From Plasmodiophora brassicae (taxonomy: Eukaryota), in contig CP145428.1 in assembly GCA_036867785.1 (NCBI GenBank), positions 1 to 64,000 on the forward strand: 64,000 nucleotides of DNA, read 5' to 3'. Below are positions 1 to 10,952 of the stretch, one piece after another. Below the pieces are notes generated by a model that was not told where the DNA came from, did not search any database, and saw only the letters and a program-made list of their open reading frames with translations. The number at the start of each line of letters is the position of its first letter. Within the stretch, counting starts at the first letter, position 1. The position numbers were made by a program, and so were the translations under genes.

Positions 1-283
1 AAAACCCTAAAACCCTAAAACCCTAAAACCCTAAAACCCTAAAACCCTAAAACCCTAAAACCCTAACCCTAAAACCCTAAAACCCTAAAACCCTAAAACC
101 CTAAAACCCTAAAACCCTAAAACCCTAAAACCCTAAAACCCTAAAACCCTAAAACCCTAAAAACCCTAAAACCCTAAAACCCTAAAACCCTAAAACCCTA
201 AAACCCTAAAACCCTAAAACCCTAAAACCCTAAAAACCCTAAAAAACCCTAAACCCTAAAACCCTAAACCCTAAAACCCTAAA
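1..283. repeat. Telomeric repeat array (CCCTAAAA)n, i.e. TTTTAGGG on the minus strand
   Basis: Tandem 8-mer from base 1. A few variant units (CCCTAA, CCCTAAA, longer A runs), mostly near the proximal end. Abrupt switch to unique sequence at 284. Confidence 0.98.
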
Positions 284-346
284 GCGACGTCGCGTAGACG
301 ATCGCGCCGAGATTGCACCCACCGCGGGATCGGCGTCTGCTTTACG

Positions 347-742
347 TTGCCCGGCATCCATCTTCATTCGCCGGTTGCGTACAGAGGTGCCGAAACGCCT
401 GGGATACGAACAATATCAGTGTCGCGCCACGGGTCGGCGGATGTGAAGGTGCAACCTGACCCCAGAGATGTGGTTGTTCGAAGCATGGACAGGGCGCGGA
501 ACTCGTTGATGAATAGGGGCAGTTCAGCGGACACAGGCCTGCATCAGATGCCGGTTGTCCAGGTTGGCCCGGCGTACTTCGAGTTAGTCGGTCTCGTCGA
601 CTACCAGGGTGGTGACACCCAGCGTCTTGGTCAAGACCAAGGACACTACGTGTCCTGGGTCAAGCAGGCGAGTGGCTGCTGGGCCTTCTGCGACGCCCTG
701 CATCGGCCCCATCGCAAGGCACCCGTTGCCGATGTCGTGTAG
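347..742 (+). pseudogene. Fragment resembling the His box of a ubiquitin-specific protease (peptidase C19)
   Basis: Translation contains YFELVGLVDYQGG...GHYVSWVKQASGCWAFCD, matching the YxLxxxxxHxG...GHY...W...D His-box pattern. No Cys box is seen and the ORF starts at TTG, right beside the telomere. Confidence 0.4.
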
Positions 743-2469
743 CACAACCAGGTCGACTACGACCTGGTCCGCCCACGCTCCCTCTACTCCTTCCCGCTAC
801 CGGCGATTCTCCAGGGAACAATTTTGGACTCCCCGGGAAATGAATACTGCGAGAAGGGCTAAGCAACAGTGTGCATGGAGCCCCAATTGTTCATAACTCC
901 AGGTGGCTCGGTCTCGCAAACAACACGTTCTATATCGCTAGCCCACACGGAGGCTAGCGAACGTGGCTTTCTTGTCTCGCGACGTGATGTTGATCACACC
1001 GCCAATCTCAATCGTAGCAACTTCCCCATAGTGCAGGGGCACCATGTTGACGAAAATACAGCCTGTACAGTATCGTAACGTTACATGATTTCAGGAATAT
1101 GCTCCTCATAATGGCAAGCATAACTAAAACATACAGTCGTGTTCGTGGGACGTGTTGTGAATCGTCCAGATGCCGTTGATCTGCTCCTTCTGTATATAGG
1201 CGACGGGCCCGTGGCGACCGTTGCCGGCGAGGTGCAGAACGTGCCCTGTATTACCATTAGTCAGTACGTATATAACGATTAGAGCACGTGTACACAACCG
1301 CCGCCATGCGAACGCGTGACAACACCGTCGACGGCATCGTGGGTCGACGCCCACTCGATGGTGAGGGAAGACGTCAGAGCGTCAGCGTCGTCCACGTGGA
1401 TTAGTTTGCGGTCGAAATTCAGGATGAAGCCGACCACAGGCACACACTGCATGCTAGCGGACGCCGGCGAACCGATTGTACAGCTGTATGGCGCAAGGTG
1501 TGCTGTCGGCGGCGAAGCCACGCTGCTGCCAATGCACATGGCTTCTGTCTCCCACGCGGCTGCGGTCTGGAGAAACTGGGCCGGCCTGGACTGCTTCCTG
1601 CACTCGTCTGACTCTGCGGCCTTCAAGTGCCGGCCACACCTGCCAATGCCAACGCAGTGCGCAGTCCGTATGCAGGCCTCCGGTCTCCGAAACCAGTGCC
1701 GGCTGGTCCCAAAACGGACACCGTGTCGAACTGCGCTGTCTTGTACCCAGAACAATGTGCGGCGCCTGGCGGCGCGGCAGGTCGTGGTCCGCGTCGTTGA
1801 GGCGTGACCTGCCAGATCGTATTGGTGGCGCGAGCGCACTCGCTGGTGGAATATATAACCATCCACGTGCCAGTGTCTGATATGTCGCCGGCGTATCTGA
1901 TTCGTGGCGGCAGTTCCCCCGGACCGACGCGCGACCTGCCCTTGACTGTGACGTAACCACCCCTTGCCCTGCGCTGCTACCTCGTTCGCTACCGGCGGAT
2001 TGCTGCGCACAAGCGGGGACAGCGGCCCGCACGTTCAGATCGCGTATTCCATGGCGGATCGAGCGTGGTCCATCACCAACTCCGGCACCGCCTGTCACAT
2101 CGATATCTCGGCCCCCGTGGACGGCGGCGACGGCGTCCTGTTACGGTACCGACGGGTGCATCATTGCCGGCCCGGACGCACTGGCGCCTGAACGCCGTTA
2201 ATCGTCCTTGCCGGGCCGGGGAATCGTGTCAATTGCGCCCTGTAGGCTACTGGGCCGCGCTTCCGACGACACGGCTGTAGCCTGTACGATCTTCAGGGTC
2301 GTTGTACGCGAGTGGTGACACGGTCTTCGTCTATTGAGAGGGGCGGGCTTCGGCGACACAGCCACCTACCTCTACAGGCATATCCAGTTCTTCATCACGG
2401 ATACCGGCTGGGCCACTGGGCGACTGATGCATAATCGGTCCAGATGGAATACCAGAACTTGACCGTGAA

Positions 2470-4151
2470 TCAATATGTTGTATCAATCGTATCGCTCGAT
2501 ACCTGCGCGACGTGGTCTGGTGCCAGGAGCCGACACACCCTGATGAGCAGTATCGCTGTGCACGCGGTTAACGATGCCGTACATACAACAACGACTATTG
2601 CAGTCTGATAGTGTTGTGCATCTTCCCAGACTGCTGTCCAAGAGGTTCCTGCGGGATCCTGCCGAAGACTGTCGTCTGATGAAACGGGCCCCGGCCGTAA
2701 GCTCGTCTTTGCTCGATGCGCACCTGTGGTGGGAGTAACGTATGGAGGTTGACTGGCTGTCGATTCCTGCATCTGTTTCCTAGAAGCAATAACTAGGCCT
2801 GTCGCCGGTTTTGACGTTCGTGTGGGCGGCGAAACCATCGTATACGTTTGGCGACGACTCCGTTTGATACCGTTGATGGACGAGCTTGTTGGTGGACGTG
2901 ATTGTGAACTGCGTCGAAATCTGCTCGTACCGTGAGGTGCAACAAAGCGGCCCTTGGTCGAAGTGCCACGTAGTATGCCGAACGACTTGGTAGAAAGCAC
3001 CGACGCATGGGAGGTATTTGCCCGGGCCGGTGGACGTGAAGATGCCTGTCTGTCGAGTAAACCGCGGGGAGGAACGTCGCTTTGGTTGAACAGCAGTTGG
3101 AACGATAGCGGAAAGAAGTTCCCAGCGGCAATGTTTGTGACCAACGCATCGCTCGTGCGCCCTGTGCACTGTCCGTCGCTGGCGCCTATCGTTTTCACCC
3201 ACAGGAAATAGTCGACCAGCGGGTACGATGTGTTGGACGTCGGCACTGCTCCCACGCCCATCCCTTTGTAGTTACACCATTCACGAAGGTTTCCATCGCC
3301 GTTAAAGTTCCTGGACTGTCGCATGCCACAATGGGTCAGTGCCGTTGACGTCCTGATACGGTACCGGACGGATTGCTTACAGTATCGATGACGCAACGGT
3401 AATCGTAATCGGTGTAACTGTGGAAAAGGTTGCATGCTTGAACGAGAACATTCGTTGCATGATAATTGGAGACGTTCAGGCTGATGCCTCTGCACCTGCG
3501 CTTTGGATCGACCTTCTTAATGTTGGATGACAATGAAGTAGCAAGCGATGTTGACCCGACAAACGAGCTGTTTTGGTCGTTGCCTAGGGCCCACAACCCG
3601 ACGTCGAGATAGATTGTGGCGTTCGTATTATTGCCGAGAACGGATACTGCCGATCGAAGATTCGTCAGATAACTGCTCGCGTATTGCGGGCATGAGTTGA
3701 CGTTGGCTAGAGCGTCCGGTTCCACAATGTACAAAACGCGATTGTTGCCGACTGCAGCAGCCAGACCCGCCAGCGACCGGTTGTAGGCGAGAGTCGACGG
3801 TGCACCCCCACTTGAAAACGATCCACTGCAGTCTCGATTCGGGATGTAGTACACGACAATGACAGGCATCGACGGGTTGCACGCGGTCATCAACTTGGCA
3901 ATGTTCGGCAGGTCGACGGCCGGGTTTGTGAACCAATACGAGAACGGGTGATGGAAGAGCCACTGAAACCCGGCAACCCACGCTGGATACGATTTGGAAG
4001 CCGACTGCAGGACCGATGGCGGTACGGCCGTGCAAAGCTGAGGGGGAGAAGCACCGGTGCATATAGGCACCAATAGTACAACAAACACGAGCCTTCTCCA
4101 GCCGGGCAGTGTGCCTCCAGCGATGACGGCTTGTCGGACAATATTGCCCAT
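2470..4151 (-). CDS. Glycoside hydrolase family 6 (cellulase-type) with Ser/Thr-rich linker and C-terminal hydrophobic segment
   Basis: GH6 motifs VVYYIPNRDC, YIVEPDALAN, IYLDVG, GISLNVSNY, VIDT|SRN, WCN and FLWVKTIGASDG. GT-AG intron 3316-3380 restores IDTSRN. N-terminal hydrophobic signal and C-terminal TM-like AIVVVVCTASLTACTAILLI. An in-frame upstream ATG also exists at 4196. Confidence 0.88.
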
Positions 4152-4399
4152 GGTGATTGGCGCCAGATTCGCCGTTAGGAATGATTCGGTATTCATATCT
4201 TGGGTACACTACAAGGCGATATCTGAGCAGTGGCTGTACCGCGTGCCTTGGCTGATGCAGAGTAAAACCGTCGTTAACTAACACGCGCCATATGGGGCAG
4301 CGTCAACTCGTTGCTTCACAGATTAAGCTTAGTGTTGCTTCAGCCGTCCAGCTACGAATGAAGAAATGCCAAAATATAGGGACATTTATTTACTGGCGT

Positions 4400-5203
4400 C
4401 TCCAGGTTCAGAGTGTCATCCAGGTTCACTAGAACAGTCGCCATTGGCGTCATCACGTTTCCCTTTGCAGATACCATTCCGCGCGTTCAAGATATCACTC
4501 CTCAACGTCTCTTCGTTGATTTGCGTGACCTCCTATCCCGTTATGTCTCCCACCTTGCCCAGGAATGCCCCTTCCGTAACGCTGGCGCGAGCGTTCATTG
4601 GAAGAATGTCCCTCCGAGAATACGTACGTGCGTCGGGGAGTACGACCTTCCCATGACGGTGTAATAGGCCGATGAGCCACTGATCCTGTAGCACTTATCC
4701 TTCGATGTCGGTGCAGGTGCCGTAACCATGACGTTTGCCATCGATAAAGTGGTCTTCGTAACGCCACCCTTTTCCAGAACTGAGGGCACCGAACCCGAAC
4801 GGCAGGCCGTCTTTGAACAAGCCATGGTAAACGAACGACCTGTCGATTGATTAGAGTTTGCCGTTCCACTGCTGGTATCCTTTGCGCCACGCTCCTCTGT
4901 AGGATACGACACCAGGAATCGTGCACTCTCCAATTCCTTGCGGAACCCCGCCACCTCCGCCATACGCTTGACTGACGTCGCCAACGTATTGGGCACCACA
5001 CTTCTGCGAACCCAACTGTTCGTTTCCTGGATCCACTACTGCTAGTCAATAACAACGGGTTGGCCTCGCCCATGCGCCTCCGCATGCAGGTGCCTGCAGG
5101 ATCAGACCGACGGCTCGGTCGGCCTCCGGATGAATGCGCCAACGATGCCGACCGCGGCTGCGGCCACGGCCACCACTGCAACAAGGATATTGCGGGCGTT
5201 CAT
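4400..5203 (-). pseudogene. Degenerate putative secreted-protein gene (related remnant at ~8240-8540)
   Basis: Signal-like MNARNILVAVVAVAAAAVGIVGA at 5203 is followed by an early stop. The downstream segment ...SVTEG(A/T)FLGKV.DITG...QINEETLRS.ILN... occurs in both duplicate units, with different disruptions. Confidence 0.3.
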
Positions 5204-5458
5204 ACTCCTGGTCAGCTGGTCGAGCTCGACAAAAGCGCCCGCGCCTGGTCTGGAGACCGACGGACAGTACTGGTACTGCGCAACATATCGCCAGGCTGGC
5301 GTGCGCGCGCCTCGCGGGTCTTGTGTCCGGGAACGGCAAGTACGTACGTGCCGCTATCTTAGCACAGGAAACGGCAGAGCACGGTTGCTGGCCATCGGTA
5401 TTCTATTTTACTACGTACAGCAGCAGGGGCGCACGATGGAACGTGGTCTTCGTCCCAT

Positions 5459-6849
5459 CTAAGAGCCCGGTTTCACCGCTCTCTGTGCCGCGCACGTATG
5501 GTACGACCTGTACGTCTTCGTGTCCGGTATCTTTCGATGTGCCGGGCTGATGTCGATGGTGCCGTCAGCGCCGGTCGCCGTCTTCCAGTGCGCGTGCGAC
5601 GTATCGCCGCGCGTCAGCGGATTCTCGTACAGCAGCTTCTGGTTGAAGAACGACTGCACCGACTGATGCGACTGGAACCGCCCCTTGCCGTGGTTGATGT
5701 GCACGGCTGCCAGCGTGGACGTCGCGTCCACCGTCGTGATCAACGGGTGGCAGTTCGCCAACCCCGTCAGCCAGTTGTCGAACGCGATCCCGCCGATGAA
5801 GAATGGCGGCATGCAATCCCAGACCAGAGGGATATCACGCGTGAAGATAAAGTAATCCTGTCGCCGATGTCAGTCCACGGGCGTGGGCGGCGAATGTGTG
5901 GCGCGAGCGCGGCACCGACCTCAGCGTCGGTTTGGAACAGGCGCCCCTTCCGGGGCACGTTCCGCACGACATGGGCGACCTTGTCGTCGAACGTCATCGT
6001 GTCGGACTGGATAACGCCGTCCAGGTCCACGTTGGTACGCTGGCCGACGACGAAGAAGTTGGGCCAGTTGCGCTCGGCGGCGACCTTCAGCAGGCTGGTC
6101 GCCGTCCACGCCAACGACGACTCGAACCAGATGTCACTGTTCGCGAACCCGACCAGGGGCGCGCGCGACGGCACGCCCGTGACGGCCATCTGGAACGCGT
6201 ACCGGTACGTGCCGGCCTCGACGTCGCTGACGGACGACGACCGCAGCGTCGGCAGGCCGTACTCGTGCGCCAGCACCAGCAGCGGGCAGCTGGTCGACAT
6301 GACGACAAAGTCAACGTCGGGCAGGGACGCCCAGGACCGCAACAGGAACCGCAGGTGCCGCTCCGTGTGCTGGTTGTCGCGACCGGGCCCGGCGCCGGCC
6401 AGCGCCTTGGGCGTCACCAGCATCGTCAGGACGGCGCCGGCCTTCAGCCTGCCGAGGAATCCCTCCGTCGTGCAGATGGCCTCGGCGCCCAGGTGCTCCA
6501 GGTCCGGCAACAACGTCGCGTTCCCATCGACCTGGAAGTCCTGCTCCGCGACGACGCTGGGCGACCCGCCGGCAAAGGGGTGATCCTCCGGCGATACCGC
6601 GTCAGTGACGGTTTCGTGTTCGTCGATGGTGACCGTCAGCTGGGTGCCGGTGCCGGTGCGCTGTGGCATCGGGCTCGGGCGCACGGCGTACGAGGGCCCG
6701 CGGTGCAGGGCGCTGACGTTGACGTAGACGAAGGCGAGCAGCAGCAGGCCGACGACGACGATAAGAAGCGGGGACGACAATGATGACGACGATAACGACG
6801 GCGAGCGAGCCCGTCGCCAGCTGGGGTCGGGCGAGCGCGACGTCGCCAT
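5459..6849 (-). CDS. Type II membrane putative glycosyltransferase (GT-A-like), copy 1
   Basis: N-terminal TM (LLIVVVGLLLLAFVYV), stem, then FANSDIWF, VVGQRTNV, DYFIF, PPFFIGGIAFDNWL and VDAT..AVHINH. One intron at 5858-5919. Confidence 0.7.
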
Positions 6850-7133
6850 CGGTGGGGCAGCGGCGCCGGGATTGGGGATTGGGAATATGGACGGCAGGTT
6901 TGCGGCGGCACTTCACCGGAACGTGGCAGGGCGCGCGTGACTCACGCCAGCGGACGAACTACGGGGGTAGGTACAGACGAAGCGACCGAGAGGGGGCATG
7001 CAGCAGCGACGCGGTCGCCCCGAGACAGCCACGCGCATTCGGAGTTGCGACCGACTGTGCCCATTCGCACCGAGACGGGGGTGGGTGTATTTTAGAGACG
7101 ATCGATGCAGACCCGCAGGCGACGTGAGGCCGG

Positions 7134-7680
7134 TCAGCAGACGCAGGTGGGCTGGCATGCACAGGCGCCACCGCCTGCAGAGACACAAGTGGTCAGACGC
7201 CGATGGTGCGCTCATCGGCATTCGTCGCCCCGTACCTTTGCAATTGCATTTCGTGCTGCAGGCGCCCTTCTGCTCCTCCGATTTCGCCGGGCACGTCGGG
7301 CACGCGCAGGACGGACCGCAGGAACACGTCCCCGCAGCTGACAGCGAGCGGTCATGCGTGAGCGGTTCGTTGGCGTCGTCGTTTCCGTTGCCGCGTACCT
7401 GTGCGATGGCATTTCTTGCCCTGCGACGACGTGCATGCGCACGCGTTGCCCGACGACGCCTTGCTCGGGCACTTGGCGCATTTACAGGACGGGCCGCAGG
7501 TGCAGGACCCACCACCTGTATACCGTCAGCACACACTCGACGCCGACGGACTTGGCACGTGGCCGCGCGCGCCCCCACCCGTCGTGCACTTGCACTGCGA
7601 CGACGACGACGACACTGGCGCGCACAAGGAATGGGGTCAGTACCGGCCAGCGGTGCGGGTGCGCACCCCAAATGCTCACT
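7134..7680 (-). CDS. Metallothionein-like Cys-rich protein (~98 aa, 22 Cys), 5 coding exons
   Basis: Spliced translation MSSSSSQCKCTT GGGSCTCGPSCKCAKCPSKASSGNACACTSSQGKKCHRT AAGTCSCGPSCACPTCPAKSEEQKGACSTKCNCK GGGACACQPTCVC*. CxC motifs and no aromatic residues. All introns GT-AG. Confidence 0.85.
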
Positions 7681-8846
7681 GGTCTAGGCAGGCGGAACGC
7701 AGCACCAGGGAGACGCTCACGTGCTACGCCGGCAACACTTCTCGCAAATGGCGGTGCGCGCGGTGGACGAGTTCCCGCTGGCCGCCGCTGCCGGACTTGT
7801 TGCCAGTCCGCGGCGGGGCGCCAGTGCCAAATATAGGCCCTCCGTGACGACAACGCCTCTGCTGCCCCGCGCCTGCAGCAGATAGGTAACCCGTCAGACG
7901 GATCCGGCCGCCGCTGCCAGATACCGAACATGCGTACGGGTCGCACCCACGGCGACCATGCCGACGCTAGCGGGCAACGTTGCCCATGGTGATTGGCGGC
8001 AGATTCGCTGTTATGAATGATTCCGTCTTCATATCTTGAGTACACTACAAGCCAGTATATCTGATCAGTGGGTATACCGCGTGCCTTGGCTGATGCAGAG
8101 TAAGACGGTCGCTAATAACCAGGCATGGGGCAGAGTGAATTAGTTGCTTCGCAGATTAAACTTTGTGTTGTTTCAGTCGTCCAGCTACGAAGAAGAACGG
8201 CACAGATAAAGGGACATTTATGTGCTGGCGTCTTCATTGTCAGACTGTCAACCAGGATTCACTAGTACTGTCGCCATCGGCGTCATCACGCTTCCGTTTC
8301 CTGATACCATTCCGCCCGTTCAAGATATAACTCCTCAACGTCTCTTCGTTGATCTGCGCGATCCCCAATCCCGTGATGTCTTTCACCTTGCCAAGGAATG
8401 TCCCTTCCGTAACGCTGGCGCAAGGGTTCCATTGGAAGAATGACCCTTCGGGACACGTGCGTCGGGGAGCAAGAACTTCTCGTGATGGTGTAACCGACCG
8501 AGGAGCCACCCACCCTGCAGCACTTGCCCTTCGATGTTCGGTCCAGGTGCCAGAACCGCTCAACTGCCCCGCAACTGCCCCAGAACTGCCCGAACGGCGC
8601 AGTTGCAGTTCACTGCGTAAGTAGAGAGGGAGACGTCGTAAGCCCCCCGCCCCCCTCCCGTTACACCCAGGGCCACGCGCATATCGCCACGGCCAGGCTA
8701 CGGCAAGTCGGCAAGTACGTACGTGCCGCCGCAGAGCGCGCAGAGGCTGTCTCGAGATCACAGGAAACGACAGAGCACGGTTGTTGTCCATCGATTTTAC
8801 TACGTACAGGAGCAGGGACTTTCTATGGAAGTGGTCTTCGTCCCAT

Positions 8847-10231
8847 CTAAGAGCCCGGTTTCACAGCTCTCCGTGCCACGCACGTATGGTACGACCTGTA
8901 CGTCTTCGTGTCCGGTATCTTTCGATGTGCCGGGCTGATGCCGATGGTGCCGTCAGCGCTGGCCGCTGTCCTCCAGTGCGCGTGCGACGTTTCGCCGCGC
9001 GTCAGCGGATTCTCGTACAGCAGCTTCTGGTTGAAGAACGACTGCACCGACTGATGCGACTGGAACCGCCCCTTGCCGTGGTTGATGTGCACGGCTGCCA
9101 GCGTGGACGTCGCGTCCACCGTCGTGATCAACGGGTGGCAGTTCGCCAACCCCGTCAGCCAGTTGTCGAACGCGACCCCGCCGATGAAGAATGGCGGCAT
9201 GCAATCCCAGACCAGAGGGATATCACGCGTGAAGATAAAGTAATCCTGTCGTCGGTGTCAGTTCACGGGCGTGGGCGGCGAATGTGTGGCGCAAGCGAGG
9301 CACCGACCTCAGCGTTGGTCTGGAACAGGCGCCCCTTCCGGGGTACGTTCCGCACGACATGGGCGACCTTGTCATCGAACGTCATCGCGTCGGACTGGAT
9401 AACGCCGTCCAGGTCCACGTTGGTACGCTGGCCGACGACGAAGAAGTTGGGCCAGTTGCGATCGGCGGCGACCTTCAGCAGGCTGGTCGCCGTCCACGCC
9501 AACGACGACTCGAACCAGATGTCACTGTTCGCGAACCCGACCAGGGGCGCGCGCGACGGCACGCCCGTGACGGCCATCTGGAACGCGTACCGGTACGTGC
9601 CGGCCTCGACGTCGCTGACGGACGACGACCGCAGCGTCGGCAGGCCGTACTCGTGCGCCAGCACCAGCAGCGGGCAGCTGGTCGACATGACGACAAAGTC
9701 AACGTCGGGCAGGGACGCCCAGGACCGCAGCAGGAACCGCAGGTGCCGCTCTGTGTGCTGGTTGTCGCGACCGGGCCCGGCGCCGGCCAGCGCCTTGGGT
9801 GTCACCAGCATCGTCAAGACGGCGCCGGCCTTCAGACTGCCGAGGAATCCCTCCGTCGTGCAGATGGCCTCGGCGCCCAGGTGATCCAGGTCCGGCGACA
9901 ACGTCGCGTTCCCATCGACCAGGAAGTCCTGCTCAGCGACGACGCTGGGCGACCCGCCGGCATCGGGGTGACCCTCCGGCGATGCCGCGTCAGCCACGGT
10001 TTCGTGTTCGTCGATGGTCACCGTCAGCTGGGTGCCGGTGCGCTGTGGCATCGGGCTCGGGCGCACGGCGAACGAGGGCCCGCGGTGCAGGGCGCTGACG
10101 TTGACGTAGACGAAGGCGAGCAGCAGCAGGCCGACGACGACGATAAGAAGCGGGGACGACGATGATGACGACGATGATGACGGCGAGCGAGCCCGTCGCC
10201 AGGTGGGGTCGGGCGAACGCGACGTCGCCAT
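8847..10231 (-). CDS. Type II membrane putative glycosyltransferase, copy 2
   Basis: Intact near-identical paralogue of 5459-6849 with the same intron (~9246-9307). Confidence 0.7.
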
Positions 10232-10562
10232 CGGTGGGGCAGCGGCGCCGGGATTGGGGATTGGGAATATGGACGGCAGATTGGCGGCGGCACTTCGCGG
10301 AACGCGGCGGTGCCCGCGTGACTCACGTCAGCGGACGGGCGTAGGTACAGACAACCGAGCAGGGCATGCAGCAGCGACGCGGTCGCCCCGACACAGCCAC
10401 GCGCATTCGGAGTTGCGAGCGACTCTGCCCACTACCTATTTCCGGTAGGTCGTATGTGGCGCACTTAGTTGTCGGGCCATCGATCACCCATACGATTCGC
10501 ACCGATACAGGTTGTGTATTGTAGAGACGACCCGTGCAGACACGCAGGCGACGTGAGGCCGA

Positions 10563-10691
10563 TCAGCAGACGCAGGTGGGCGGACGCGCGCCCCCCACCC
10601 GTGCACTTGCACTGCGACGACGACACTGGCGCGCACAAGGGATGGGGTAAATACCGGCCAGCGGTGCGGGTGCGCCCACCAAATGCTCACT
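10563..10691 (-). pseudogene. Internally deleted metallothionein copy
   Basis: Keeps A|GTGAGC, the SSSQCKCT exon and the terminal CCCACCTGCGTCTGCTGA. About 400 bp (exons 3, 4 and part of 5) are missing and the join is out of frame. Confidence 0.75.
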
Positions 10692-10952
10692 GGCCTTGGC
10701 ATGCGGAACGCTGCACCAGGGAGACGCCCACATGCTACGCCGGCAACACTTCTCGCAAATGACGGCGCGCGCGGTGGACGAGTTTCCGCTGGCCGCCGCT
10801 GCCGAACTTGTCAGTGCCAAATATAGGCTCTCCCTGACGACAACGCCTCTGCTGCCCCGCTCGTGCAGCAGATAGATACCCGTCAGACGGATCCGGCCGC
10901 CGCTGCCAGATACCGAACCTGCGTACGGGTCGCACCCCCGGCGACGTCGACG

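Noticed and set aside
220-283. Variant telomere units as a second telomere motif
   Set aside because: They differ only in A-run length, which fits proximal degeneration or homopolymer sequencing error.
1100-2450. Several overlapping ORFs in the subtelomere
   Set aside because: I could not identify a recognisable motif or a consistent exon chain.
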